A stretch of DNA of 64,000 nt, from the NCBI RefSeq assembly GCF_009914755.1, contig NC_060933.1, one strand, 5' to 3'. This DNA is from the human T2T-CHM13v2.0 reference genome, Homo sapiens. Each line of letters begins with the position of its first letter. The stretch's first letter is position 1. The notes below the pieces were generated by a model, which did no database searches, had not been told where the DNA came from, and saw nothing but the letters and a program-made list of their open reading frames with translations. Position numbers and translations under genes: made by a program. Shown here piece by piece: positions 11,571 to 28,874 of this stretch.

Positions 11571-14309
11571 ATTCTATCTTTGTTTCCTGTGATTGAGACC
11601 TTGAGGCCAAGAATGACGCGTCTTCTTTTATCTGTCCCCCAAATTTCTAGTGCAATGATAAGCCACTCAGTGACAACTATTGGCCTAAACAAACTTGGAA
11701 AAGAAAAAAAAATACAAATCCTTTGCTTCATATTCTTTGTGGAACTTGGTTAGCCATAAATAAATAAATAAGCATATGAAAATAAATTACAAATCCAACT
11801 GTGTGCCTTGCCCTGAACTCTGTTTGACGTTAAAAACCAAGCCTCCCTCTTTTAAAATTGAAATATGAAACATTATGTGTGCTTATTTTTTCCCTTTTAA
11901 ATACAGAGCTGTGGTTGCAGAAATAATTTAATATACTGCACTGCATTTCCCCTGCAAGTGTGCCAATTCTGATTACATGTTTCCAGATGCCCTTGTTTGT
12001 TGTGGTTCTTTCACTAGTACCTGGCCAAGGAGCTGAATGGCTTATCTCTATAGGTAGCTCTGGCCAGCAACACTCAGCCAGTAGGTGCTCTATGTACAAA
12101 GAGCACCCGCGGGATCATTCACCCTGAGGTCAGCATTCTGGAGTCCTCTGGACTCCCAAGCTCAGCACCTGTACTTTATGTTTAAGAGCCAAGAAATTGA
12201 GGAAGAAGTTGAACTAGCCAAGATAGTCCAGCAGCCAACAAGCCTAAAACAGATTTAATAAAAGATCTCATTCCTTTCCACCATGTTTTTGTGAGATATT
12301 TCATGGGAATTGCCACTTGGGAGGTGCATGCAGCCAACCTGGAGCATGGCCAACCACAAGCTTAAGGCTTTCAAAGGCTGACTCCTGGTCTATATGCAGA
12401 AAACCTCAAGGAGTGGAGACTGCTCCCAAAATTCTCCAGCCCATGACCTTTTTGCAACAGTGTGAGAGTGGGCACTAGAAAGTATATTGTTTGAGTACAT
12501 AGATTTACATTCTAATTGAAATGCAACAATTTATTCACTATTACCTTGGACAAGTCCATTTTTCTCTGCAGGCCTCACTCAGTATTCCCATCTCTAAAAT
12601 GAGAGGCCTCAGGTATCTAAGGCACTTTGCAGTTATACTCTTTTGTAATATGCTCTGTGGAGTCAAACAACTGTGTTATATGGCAAAAACAAAAAAAAAC
12701 AAAAAAAAGCCCAAAAAAAAAACAGGGCTCAATTTTGAGCCACACATCCTGGGTTCCTATCGGCTGTAGTTTTTACTACCTTCTGGCTACATGATTTTAC
12801 CCAAGTTTTCCCCTCCCTGAGCTTCAGTTTCCCGAAATATAAAACAAAGAAGGAACTGAGCAAACACACCAAGCTCCATTTTGATATTCTGGCATCCTAG
12901 TTCACTGTACTCCTTGGTTTTATATCGGACAGCAAGGCTGTATCCTATACCCCATCATCTGCCACATCTAGAGAAAAAGAAACCTGTGAAAACTTCCAAG
13001 GGGCAATCAGAGATGCTCTCTTTAAACCCTCTCACCTCAGAAACGCTCGAAGTTTGAACTTCTCTCCCATAGTCCCTTTGCTCAGGAGAAAAGATTAAGG
13101 CATAGTCCTAGCTATAAGGATGCAGGAAAATGAGCTGCCTTGAGGTGTATCAAAATCTTCGCCTTCTACTTTTGGTTTTGCACTTACCAGTGTGTACTGG
13201 GGAGTGGCGGTAGGGTTAAGACTCAACATTTACTTCCTGAGTTTTGCAATTATTAAGTGTTGTCAGCTTTACACATGCATTCAGTGTCCCAGTTACATTT
13301 GGGTTCCAGCCCAAACACATTTGCTCTGGTTGCTCCCATTGCCTAGAAAACCTATGTGTCTTCTCTTGCCCAGTGCTCTTCAATAGCAGATAATCATGAT
13401 CATACGATTACTGCTAATAATAATAACAATAATAAAACAGCTATCATTTATTAAGTCATCATTATGTGCATAATAGCGCAGTGTGATTTACATACATATC
13501 TCATCTCTCCTAAAGTTGGACTCTATGTAAAGATTTTTTGGTATCTCTCACCTTGCCTAGGACAAGAAGAATGATAGGCACTCAAGAAACGATAGATTCA
13601 ATTATCTCATTTAATCATCACATTGGATCAGAGGAAAATATGTCAAGAGATGCTCAGAATCTTCTCAAGGTCACACAGCTAATGTAAATGTCAGAGCTAA
13701 GATTCAAACAGAAGTCTGCAAGATCATAAATTTCATCGGGATCTGTATTGCAACAAAGTACCTGCATAAACTTCAAGCTTTTTTTTTTTTTTTTCATCTC
13801 TCAGGGAAAAAGGCATCAGGTTGTAATGAGAGCTGGACAAACTGGGAATAGCTAGTAAAAGTAACCTGGACATCGAAGTTTCTACGTGTGTGTTTTGTTA
13901 GAGAAATTGGAGGGAGCAGTGTACATGGTAGCAGAGGAATTGCTGGTCAAATACCCTTTTCTCTTCCACTTGAAAGGCCTCTCTCTTTTAAGTACATATT
14001 GATTAGAGTCCAAATATCTCAATTCTATTCTTAGCCCAGCACCTTAATTACAATGGATTCTCAGTTAAACCTGATGGTTCAGTTCCCCACCATCCTCCAC
14101 TCCAAACTCCTTTTAACACAGAGATCAGAATAATGCATCAGAATGGCTTTCTTTTTTAAAGAAGTGATGATCTATGAGAAAAGTGTATTAATAACATTAT
14201 ATTCATGTTAAACATTTTAACCTTAATGACCCAGAGTCATTTTTCTTGGCAGACAAAATCTCAATGCCTAACTTAAAAAACAGAGTTATATAACATTTAT
14301 GGTTAAATA

Positions 14310-14570
14310 ATAATATTAATAACAACAGCAACAACAACAATAATAATCAATTTTAAGGCATTTGCTATGTAGCAGGCACTATGCTAAAATAATTATATGC
14401 ATTATTTCATTAAATACAATCAACATCCTATATAGTAATTACCATTATTATGTTTACTTTGTAAAACTTGGCCTTAGAGAAGTGAAGAAATGTATCCATG
14501 GCAGCTAGTGAGTGAAAGAATTTGCAATCTTTCTGGCCCTGGAGTCTAAGTTCTTAATTATTAACATAAA
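14310..14570 (-). mobile_element. MIR
   Basis: gctatgtagcaggcactatgcta...cttagagaagtgaagaaat...ctggccctggagtc. Confidence 0.7.
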
Positions 14571-16079
14571 CTGATCCTCCTAGTGAGAAACAGGATGGTG
14601 TTTCAAGAGCTGTAAGATATAGATTTGGGACTCAGAGGGGTTAACTCCCAAAGGAAACAGACATAATATGAGTAGAATAAGAAAATGCACATGTGAGTGC
14701 TTTTGATTTTTTTAAAGGATTAGAAAAATCTAAGCAACTGCGCTGTATGTCATAGAATTTTACGTCAGGGACAAGGAGACCTCCATGACCACCAGCAGCA
14801 GACCTTAATGCCTCTTTCACTTGAATATCACTTTATAGTTATCCGGCAAAGCTTAATCCACAGTACAGTTGCATAGTTTCTTGTGAGTAGCTTAGTCAGA
14901 CTTGGACACTGTAGTGCAGAATGCCTAAGTGTTTGGCTTCAGATCAGAAAGTAATACATGGAAGTGCTAGGTGTCAAATCTTTGTCATTCTGTTCCAGTT
15001 ACAGGATTCTTTCTTACAGATAAAAAAGAGTTTGATGAATTTTAAGCATCTTGACAAAAAGTACAGTTATTTGGTAGCATTGTCAAAATGGTTTTTAGAG
15101 ACACTGGGGAAAAATCAGAGAGCAAAAATGTGTTTTGGATAATTCATCAGAAATATTATAACAACATTTAGGTCTTTCAAAAGGAGCTGCACACTATTAA
15201 ATGCACCAAATCATGACCAGCAAATATGTAGGTTTTCTGGCTTTCGAGGACTGAAATTATGTAGCTTTTACTGAACGTGGGGAAAAGGATCCAGAATTTT
15301 CCTTCTTCAGAAATACTCAGGAATAAAATCACAGAAGATTTGGAGGTCAACGACTTCAGTTAAAATCTTGAACAGTTTTCTCTACAAGATTGTGAGATCC
15401 ATCACTAGATCCTTTTGGGATACTAAAGCTGAGTTATGAGTACGAATTTAAGCAATGGGAACCACCCTGTGTGTGTACATCTATGAAAATGTTCGATCCA
15501 AATGGAATCCAGATCACAGGGGCGGAATACGTCTGAGAGGCAGCATTGTTACTTATACCACAAATCATTATTTTTTTCTTTCCATTTTATAAATTCCACT
15601 CCAGGATGAAACATTCAAGTTGTGGAAACATTCAAGATCAGTTTCTCTTAGTGGCTATCATGCACATACTGAAGCAAGATGAAGACTGGCCTTGAGTCAT
15701 CTTGTGGAAGCTCATTTGGGGTGTCAATTCCAGGCTTGTGTTTGAAACAGGATTTGGGGACGTCAGTTCCAGGCTTCTGTGTAACTTAGATTTTTTTGTG
15801 TGTATGTTTTTTATTCTATCCTGGTGATGTTTTCCAGACTGAGTCCACTATTGTGGTTTCTATAGAAAAAGAGGAGAGCTGGAATAATAATACTCCATGA
15901 TGTACGTGGTTTCCTGCTCCATGTGTGGAGTTAGAAAGTGAAGAGGAACGAACGTAACATAGTGTGGCCTACTGCAGCAGAGCAGGGGCTTAGGGAGAGG
16001 CTTAGAAATGGCTTTGGGAGGGTAGGCCCTGAATTGTGTGTTGGCGGAGAGGCTAGGATAGTCAAAGCATCACACTTTG

Positions 16080-16490
16080 ATTGCCTTCTCTACCTGTCTC
16101 CCTGCTATTCCTCAAATATGACAGGCATCCTCCTGCCTCAGGATCCTTGCACCAGCTGTGATCTCTACTCGGAATACTCTTCTTCAAAGCTGACTCCCAT
16201 AACACCTACAATGCTCATTCAAATGCCATTTTTTTCAATGAGGCTCACTCTGATCACCCTATTTCAAACTGCAATTTGCATCCTCCCTAAAGCCTTGTTT
16301 TTCCCATACTTACTCCTTTCTAACAAACGTGTATATTTATTTAAATTTGTTTTTAGTTCCCTTTTAGAAGGTATGCTCTGAAAAAGAGAGGATTTCCATC
16401 TACTTTGTTCACTGATAAATCCTAAGCACACAGAATAGGGCTAGCATAGGGTATAGGCACTCAAATATTTTTTAAATAAGTGGTTAATTT
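16080..16490 (+). mobile_element. L2 3' fragment
   Basis: ctcctgcctcaggatccttgcac...ttgttcactgataaatcctaagcac...ggcactcaaatatttt. Confidence 0.75.
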
Positions 16491-16591
16491 TTTTCATATT
16501 GTTTCCTTTAATTACTTTTTTATCACATTATGATAAAAAATGTCATAATATAAAGCCTGTCAATGTACTTCCTTTTAAAGTTATTTTTTTC

Positions 16592-16890
<299 letters not shown>

Positions 16891-17314
16891 AAGTTATTTT
16901 TTTCAAAAGGTACCAATTTAGTAAACATGCTCAAGGGATACAACTGTACCTACGCCCAAGTCATTTTAGTTTTACAAATATATAATTAGTCAAATCAAAA
17001 AAGGCATGTCTGACAGATGAATGAATGTTAAGACAATGCTAAATAACCTTTAAGGGGAAAGGCTGAGGAGGCAGAGGTGCTTGTATGTATCATCTTCCAG
17101 GAGCCAGGCATTGACAAACACCACTATTACAAATAAAAGCCTGAGATTCTGAAAATTTAAGTGACTTATGGAGGTTACACAGCTAATAAAAAGAAGCAGT
17201 ATGATTTAGATTCATTATTCCTGACTCCAAATCCTATGATTTACTGCAACATAGTGTACTATCTTCAAACTGTAAATTCTTCAGAAATGGTTATTGTAGA
17301 TAATTTACATGTTG

Positions 17315-17735
17315 GATGCAGTAGTGTGCCATGCAGTTACCTTTCTTCAGGACTAAGGGGCTCCTTTTCCCTGATGTTGGGATTGCTGTTCACTATCAGC
17401 TCTCCAGCTACCAACTGCCCTCTACTTCAGGGAGCCTCCTCACCCTAGGTCACACCTCTTCCCAGGGCCAGCCCATATCCAGTACTCTTCAATGTGGGGT
17501 ACAAAAACATGGCCCCCTTGCCTCATGTGGAACAACTCTGAAGGCCATCCCAGCTCCAGTGATTCCAGTGGGACTGATGGAAGTCTCTGTTGTGACTGCA
17601 TGAGACCCAACTCTTCCCTTTGCCCAGCCCTAGTGCCTTCACACTCCCACAGGTGTATCTTACAAAAGCACCCCTTGATGAACTTCTGACACACAAATCT
17701 CAGCCTTGGAGTCTGTTTACAGGGAGCCTGATCAA
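17315..17735 (+). mobile_element. LTR16-like (ERVL) solo LTR
   Basis: 3' end aacttctgacacacaaatctcagccttggagtctgtttacagggagcct resembles the LTR16 family terminus. Confidence 0.65.
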
Positions 17736-17981
17736 TGTCAATATAGTAGGTGGTATTGTGGAGTTCAGAGATTAGTGAACTCAACAATACGGGTAGCATA
17801 TACCTTAGATAAGGTCCCAGACCATGCGCAGTGTTGGGAACGCCTAGTTTCACAAGATTTGAGGCACTCTCTCCTAACTGCCAGAAGCACTTTGGCAAAA
17901 ACAACTATGATACACAATTTCACCCTTTTGAGATCACCTGTTAACTTGACTACCTTGGTAGTACATCACCAATTTGACAGT

Positions 17982-18412
17982 TCTATTTGTCCATTCTCAC
18001 ATCGTGATAAAGAAATACCTGAGACTGGGTAATTTATAAAGTAAAGAGGTTTAATTGGCTCATGATTCTTCAGGCTGTACAGGAAGCATAGCAGCTTCTG
18101 TTTCAAGGGAGGCCTCAGGAAACTTCCAATCATGGCAGCAGGCAAAGAGGGAGCAGGCATCTTACACGGCAGGAGCAGGAGCATGAGAGAGAAGGGGGAG
18201 ATGCACACTTTTAAACAACCAGAACTCACAGGAACTCACTCGTTACCATGAGAACAGCACCAAGGGAATGGTGCTAACCCATTCATAAGAAATCTACCCC
18301 CAAGATCCAATCACCTCCCACCATGTCCCACCTCCAACATTGGGGATTACAGTTCAACAGGAGACTTGGTGGGGGGCAGGAGGGGATGTGGACACAGATC
18401 CAAACCACATCA
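17982..18412 (-). mobile_element. MSTA-like MaLR solo LTR
   Basis: aaagaaatacctgagactgggtaatttataaag...gatccaaaccacatca. 5-bp TSD acagt at 17977-17981 and 18413-18417. Confidence 0.92.
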
Positions 18413-18801
18413 ACAGTCATCACAGCCAGCAGGTAACTTACTCTGAAAGCTCCTACATTCAATAAATAAGACCAACTGTGAGCTGGGAATTAATGATGCA
18501 TTACAAGAAAGTCAAAGATGCATAAACTTAGTTCTATCCTCAAGTAGCTCTTAGTTTAGAAGATGATTCTCTAACTTTTGTTCACCAGAACCACCCAACA
18601 AGCTTGTTAAAAATTCTCATGCTTTGTCTTGGAATTGGAACTAAGAATGATTTCTGCTGGGTTCTAATATTAATATTGTGATACAAGTTATTCACGAACC
18701 ACTTGTGGAGAAACTGAAATCCCAAAGATGACATAAAACATACATTGCTAGGTCTAACCTTACTAAGCACCAGATACTGTGCTAGAATCTGTGAAGAATT
18801 T

Positions 18802-21745
<2,944 letters not shown>

Positions 21746-22810
21746 GAATCTGTGAAGAATTTGAAAAAGCATGTGGAATGTAGTCCATAACCATAGACTA
21801 TAGTCCAAAGTATTTAAAGACATTTAATCTACTAGGAGTGATAATATTCCAATAAATCTATATCTGTTTTATAAAAAACCATTACATATTAGATAACATG
21901 CTAGCCTCCAAGGCAGCACAAAGGTAAAAATACATGGTTCTTCTCCTCAAAAAGTTTCATTAGCGTTAGGTAAGAATAATTAATTTCTGCCTTCACTCAT
22001 TTACCTATTTGACCTATTTGTTGCATCAATTAATTCATTCCTTTATGCATTTAATAAATATTTACAAAATAGCTGCTAAGTGAAATGTGCTATCATGATG
22101 GCAGGAAAATATATGGTGAGTACCTACAGAAAATACCAATATCACCAACATCATACTATGGGAGGGTTGACACCTTAGCTTGCATACATTTTTCAATATC
22201 TAAGTCTTGAATAACTAAAATGCTTCCTATGGCAATGAAATGCAGTCATCTTAAGGTAGTAATCACTGTTAATATATGTGTAATTGGATAACCCTAATTC
22301 ACTTTAGCTTGAAAAATCTGTGGCAGGGAATTGGTGGTAAGAGTTTTCTTTGGTTTGGCTGATTCAAATGAACCATTTTTGAATTTGGAGAATTTCGTAA
22401 TCACTAGCCTGACTGGCCCACACTAGCAGTTTTCTGGATTTCTAGGAAAATCTCTGGTATGCGTCATAGTGAAGAAGTGTTCCAACAAAAAAAGGGGATA
22501 AATGAAGAACCATAATCATTTAGAAAGAATTCACCGAGAAATAGAGGTCTGCGTGGTGTAACTAAGAATTGCACAATGCTGTTGCAGGGCATGCGGGATG
22601 CATGACAGGTGGGGCTACCTGCTCTTCCCCCTCGCCCTCCCGAGGCATCACGGTGAATCAATCTGAGTTCTCATTTCTTTAGAGCACAGTTGGATCACAG
22701 ACTGAAAACAGACTACAGACATCCACTACCAGTTAATTAGAATTGGCATAAAAGATGTTATCTAGTTTCCATTCCTACTGCTGCCATTTGGATTTAAGAG
22801 TGTGGAGATT

Positions 22811-23131
<321 letters not shown>

Positions 23132-24041
23132 AGTGTGGAGATTTTGAATTTAGGTCCAGTTCTACCAACCGGATATTTCCAGATATTTTCAACTGACTTA
23201 GTTTCTCTTGATATCAGCTCATTAGTCTTTCTAGTAGATTACCTATCTAACTAATGCCCCTGTGTGTTTATGAAGATCAGGGCAGAAAATAGGTGATTCA
23301 GCATTGAGGAAAGAAAGCGGGCAAAGGCTAACCTGCTCATGAATAACAGGGCTTTGTTTGACATGGTCCCTGACTTCCTCACTTCTGTGCCTTCTCTCCA
23401 CTGGATGCCCCTGCCCACCTGCAATCTACCTTTTGGCCATTTTGAACTACTATCATTTTCCTGAACTTCTATTATTTTCCTTTCACTTTATCACTTAAAT
23501 GCTATAAAAAATGCTGTTTTCTTTGTCCGAATAAACATCTCCCTATTCTCACCTCTTTCTTCACCCCTTGCCAAATTCAGGACTACTTATCACTTGACTA
23601 CACAATGTACTGAAATTCATTCTTTAGCTTTCATGTCCCGTCCTCTGACGTTCTCGTTGGTGGCATCAGTCTGGGTCATACCACACATACCACATCCTTC
23701 CACCACTCCCTGTAGTACCCTTATCTCAGCAAGAGCCTTTAACTGTATCTCTTTTGTAATACACATTTTATGTAATAAAATTACATGTTAGATTTTATAG
23801 AGCAAAGAATAATTTAAAAGAAACTCATAAAAAACAATGAAGGTTTGGTTATACATTTATCCCATTACCATTTACTAAGTCACTTCTGTATGCCATGAAA
23901 TGGAAAAATTAGGAAGAAAATAGCACCACCTCTCCCATCAAAGTGTTCACAGCCTAGTTAATAGAGACAGACTCAAAATATTTGACTTTAAAATAATGAG
24001 GAATTGGGTACTAATCATTTGTTCATATTAATGGGATACCT

Positions 24042-24409
24042 ACAGACTTCATCTTTTCAGGCTGCTATGACAAAATATTAATAGCTTAAACTGGATAATT
24101 AATAATCAACAGATTTTGCTGCTTATATTTATGGAGGCTGGGAAGTCCAAGGTCAAGGCACTAGCAGATTCAGTGTCTGATGAGGGCCTGTTCCTCTTAG
24201 ATGGCACTTTCTGTATCCTCACATGGTGGAAGGGGCAAGATACCTTTCTTGAACCTTTTTTATAAGGGCACTAATCCCATTCATGAGGGCAGAGCCCTAA
24301 GGACTTAATAACTTCCCAAAAGGCCTCACCTCCTAATGCTATTGTATCATGTTGGATTCTAACATGAATTTTGCAGTTTGGGGGAGTCACAAACATTCAG
24401 ACCATAGCA
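24042..24409 (-). mobile_element. MLT1A-like MaLR solo LTR inside an L2 fragment
   Basis: ggaggctgggaagtccaaggtcaagg...aaacattcagaccatagca. L2 resumes at ctactatatgcctggcactg. Confidence 0.88.
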
Positions 24410-25603
24410 ACTACTATATGCCTGGCACTGTTCTAGGCAGTGGGGTGTACAGGTAAGCAAAGCCAAGCCTCACACTCAGTGAGCTTCTATTACAGATCTT
24501 TCAGTGAGGGAAATCTGAAAAGCCATGAAGTTTACAGGAGGAAAAGCCTTATTCTGCCTATGGTGGGAGTTTAGATCTGGCTTTTATGAGGATATGACAT
24601 GTTCACTGCGCCCAGTAGAGCAAATGCAGTACTAACTCTTAAGGGTGAAGGAATGTTCATTTAACTATGGAGCATCTAATGCATGATGAATGTGGTTGTA
24701 GGAGCAGAGTTCCTGTCATGAAGTAGGTATTTGATAAATGTATCATATTTGGATCAATAACCCAAATCCAAAAATGAGTACTCATTTGAGGGTCCCTTCC
24801 CTCAAGGATCATGCAGTCCAGTGGAGAAGTTCATTCACTCTCATTCACTTATAACATTATGGTGCATGAAAAGAGAAGCCAAGAGTGGAAAGAATGGAAA
24901 CTCTAAAACTCATACATTCCTCTCCTATCACCATCCTCCCAAACATCCGCTAGTCCCTCTGTTTCCTCCTCTGAAAACTTATACTGTTCTTGGGAGTTCT
25001 GAGTTGTCTGGTGTATCTGTTTCTTTTGCTGGGTGCTTCACCTTGGCTTCCTCCCAAATGCCTCCAGCAACTGTTTATTTTTATAAATGTTGTATACACA
25101 GGGCAGAAGATAGAGAAAGGGGTGAGCCAGAGTCATTTACGAAAGCACTTTGGCATTCTGCTCTGGAAATCATTTCCGCAGGAGGCTGCCCTGGACAGAG
25201 TGCACTTACTCTCAGACCTCCCATCCCCACTTCCAAGCAGAAGTCAATGCAATTTTTATTTACAGTCAGAAGCTCCATGAAATTCTGAGCCAAAAGGCTT
25301 CTTTCCTGAAAAGCTGGTAGTGGCCTCCAACATTCAGCTATCACCTTTAACAGGAACTCTTTGTTGTTTGCACCAAACAAATAACCAGACACCTGGGTCA
25401 GAAGCAGAATTAAGGACCTAATTCGTCTCCATCCATGGACATTTAATGGACACCTACTCGTGCAAATACTATCACAGCCACTGAGAACACAAGACATAGG
25501 ATCCTAAAAGAGCAGGAAGAGGCTACTTTTATTGATGACATATCATATATTGTCATGATTTACATACATAAAAAAGATACTATCATTCTGCTTTACAGAT
25601 TGG

Positions 25604-25750
25604 GGAAAGGAGGAAAGAAGGAAGGGGATGGAAGGGAAGAGGATGGAAGGGAAGGGAAGGGAAAGGAAGGGAAGGGAAGGGAAGGGAGTGGGAGAGGGAG
25701 AAATGGAAGGAGGGAGGAACAGAGGGAGGGAGGAACAGAGGGAGGGAGGA
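25604..25750. repeat. (GGAAG)n/GA-rich tract
   Basis: Near-pure purine repeat read directly. Confidence 0.92.
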
Positions 25751-25819
25751 TTTGAGGTTCTGTAACTTGTATAAAACCCATAGCTGATGAATAAGCTTTC
25801 TACTCATTTTCTCTTCATC

Positions 25820-27190
25820 ACTCTTAAATCACAGTTTCACCTTCACTCTCCACCAAAATTGTTGTTATCAAGGTTATTATATATAAACCTAATTATTATA
25901 ATGATTGACACCCACATTGCTAAACACAAAAGTCAAACATCAATTCTCATCTTGGTTTGCTGATTAGCAACATATAATACAGTTGACTGCCTCCTTGTCC
26001 TTAAAATGCTTTCTTCACTTGGCATCTGAGACATCTTACATGATCTGTTGATTTTCCTGGTGCTTCACCACCAGCACTTTCTCAGTCTCTTTAGCTGGCT
26101 TCTGCTTCTCAGCATCATCTTCTGCTATTGAAGTATCTCAGAACTCAGCCCTTGGACACCCTCTTTGCTTTATATACATTCACTCTCTTGGTGACCTCAT
26201 TCCGTCTCATGCTTCATATCCCACCTGCATACCAATAGCTCAAATTTCCTCTATTCTGTACCACTTCTTTAAACTTCAGCTTGATATATACAACAGCATA
26301 CTTGCTATCTCTCCTTGGGTGTCTCAAACTTATCATTTTCAAAATTGAAGTCCCCATTTTTCTCCATTAAACCTACTCCTCTGATGGACTCCCCAATTTC
26401 AGTTCATGGCAACTTCATCTTTCCCGTTGCTCGGAACAAAAAGCCTCTTTTGATTACACCCCACACCCAATCTGATGGCAAACTGGTTTGTGTTACCTCC
26501 CAAATACATCCTGGATCCAGCAATTTCTCATCATCTGCCCTGTGACCAGCCTGCTGCAACTCTCAGTCTTCTCTCACCCAGATTACTTCTTGGAGGCTCT
26601 TCCTTTGTATTTGCCCCATACAGCCTGGTCTTAACTCAGTCACCAGTGTGATCCTAATAAACCTGTTAGACTTGTGGTTCCGGAACTGACAGCTCTCCAA
26701 AGGCCTCTCGTTTTATTCAGAGTAAAATCCAAAGACCTTAAAACAACTGACAGGACCATACTCCCTGTTCCCTCCCTGAACTCACCACTTATACCCCACC
26801 CCCATCCCTGCCACTCTGCTCTGGCCACACTAGCCTGCCTGCTGTCCCCTCTGTCTGAAATTCTGTCCCCCAGAAACCTACACGGCTGATTTCCACATCT
26901 CCTTCAGGTCTTCACTCAGATGAGACTTTCTCAGCAAAGACGTACCTGACCCCTTTTCTTAAAATTAAAATCCTATCCCAACGTTTATTTTCTGTTTCCC
27001 TCTCGTGTTTTCTTTTTCTCCATAGCACTTACCTCCATCATGTATTCTATATATCTTATTTATTTTGTATATTTTATCTCATTTCCCATACTAGAAAGTA
27101 AGCTCCTACGGGCAACACTGGTCCTCTCCACTGATATATATGTAACTAATCTAATAATACATAAATAATAAATATTAATTGACAGCGAAT
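25820..27190 (+). mobile_element. L2a long fragment
   Basis: Continuous pyrimidine-rich L2 body (ctttcttcacttggc, cactctcttggtgacctcattc, cagagtaaaatccaaagacctta) through to the 3' end. Confidence 0.88.
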
Positions 27191-27349
27191 AATTGTGAGA
27201 CATATATCTCACAGCACTTTAGAGAAGCATATGTCATGAGTATGGGACCTTCAATTAATATTGATTAAGTAAATAAATCCACACAAGAAAGAAAAAGAGA
27301 GGCATCACTGAGGCTTGGCATAAGCAAGGAGGGCTTTGTGGAGAAGAAA

Positions 27350-27590
27350 ATAAAAATAATTTTTGAGTACTTACTGCGTGCCAGATACTATGCTAAGTGT
27401 CTTAGAGCTATTATCTCATTAAACCCTCTTAATGACTCTGTGAAATAAGTTCATAAAATTATTGTGTCCATTTTACAGATTAGAAAACTGTTGTGTCAAA
27501 AGGCTAACTCACTTTCTCAAAATCAGTGCAACAATTTATATAAGAGGCCAGGAGCCAGACCTTTATCTCTCTGGTTGCCAACCATGGGGT
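27350..27590 (-). mobile_element. MIR
   Basis: gagtacttactgcgtgccagatactatgctaag...ccattttacagattagaaaactg. Confidence 0.8.
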
Positions 27591-28263
27591 ACCATTTTAG
27601 AAATCTCTTTTAGATATGAAACTATCCTACTTGAATTAAAGAGAGAAAAAAAATCAGACAGTTACATTTGAAAAGAACAATTAAGTGTTTATTAATATAT
27701 TTCTTTGTTTATTCAATAACTGTTATTATTAGTTCCTTATAGCAATTTATTATACTGTGTGCTGTACCCATAGGACGGAAAAATGAATGAAACATTGCCT
27801 GCTCACAGTGAGCTTACAATCTAGCGCAGCCTAGTTAGCGTAAAATTATCAGTATTTTAACAGCTTTGTGCTTTAAGAGCACAGAGGAGGGAGCAATTGA
27901 TTTCCTTAGGGATGTAGTTATACAAAGAATATCTCAAAGACAGATGGCATCTAAACATAAGCCTACAGAATGGATTAAACCATTGCTAAATGCAGAAAGT
28001 GGTCTTCAGGCAGAGGCTGTAGCAAGAGTATGAGATCTACTCAAGGAAAAGAGCTTAGCAGGTAAAAACAAGGAGATGAAGATGCCTTAAGGGTGGTAGG
28101 AAGCCATTGCCACGTTTAATCTAGGTTGTGGGTTGGTCAGATCTGTGCTTCATTGAGGTCACTCTGACAGCCATCAGGGAAGATGGATGGCAAGGGATAA
28201 AAAGGGAGACAGGATGCTGGGTTAGGGGCCTTGTGACATCTGGGAGAAAATGGTGAAAACAGT

Positions 28264-28639
28264 TGATATGATTAGGCTTTGTGTCCCCACTCAAATCTCA
28301 TCTTTAATTGTAGTCCCCATAATCCCCACATGTCAAGGGAGAGACCAGGTGGAGGTAATTGAATTACGGGGGCAGTTTCCCCCATGCTGTTTTCATGATA
28401 ATGAGTGAGTTATCATGAGATCTGATGGTTTTATAAGTGTTTGATAGTTCTTCCTGCATTCATTCTCCTTCCTGCCACCTTTTGAGGAAGGTGCCTTGCT
28501 TTCCCTTTGCCTTCCGCTGACTGTAAGTTTCCTGAGGCCTTCTCAGCCATGCAGAACTGTGAGTCAATTAAACCTCTTTCCTTTATAAATGACCCAGTCT
28601 CAGCAGTTCTTTATAGCAGTGTGAAAACGGACTAATAGA
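28264..28639 (+). mobile_element. THE1D-like MaLR solo LTR
   Basis: tgatatgattaggctttgtgtcccc...gagtcaattaaacctctttcctttataaat...ggactaata. Confidence 0.92.
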
Positions 28640-28698
28640 AGTGCTAAGTCGGAAGAAGTGAGAATGATGACTCAGATATCCATGCTTAGAGAATTAAT

Positions 28699-28874
28699 CA
28701 GTTATTCTCAAATTTGGATGTCCATTGAATGACCCAGGGAGCTTTAAACAACTCTGGGACCTCGCACACAGCCCAAACCAATTATATCAGAAATTTTGGG
28801 CATGGAGCAGAGTATCAATAGCTTGTAAGGCCCCACAGGTAATTCTAATGTGTAGCTAAGTTTGAGAATCACTG
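28699..28874. mobile_element. MER5A-like hAT-Charlie MITE
   Basis: Terminal inverted repeats cagttattctcaaa / tttgagaatcactg, 176 bp in total. Confidence 0.85.

Noticed and set aside
24821-25497. Three overlapping ORFs of 96-155 aa
   Set aside because: No homology I can recognise, mostly non-ATG starts, compatible with chance.
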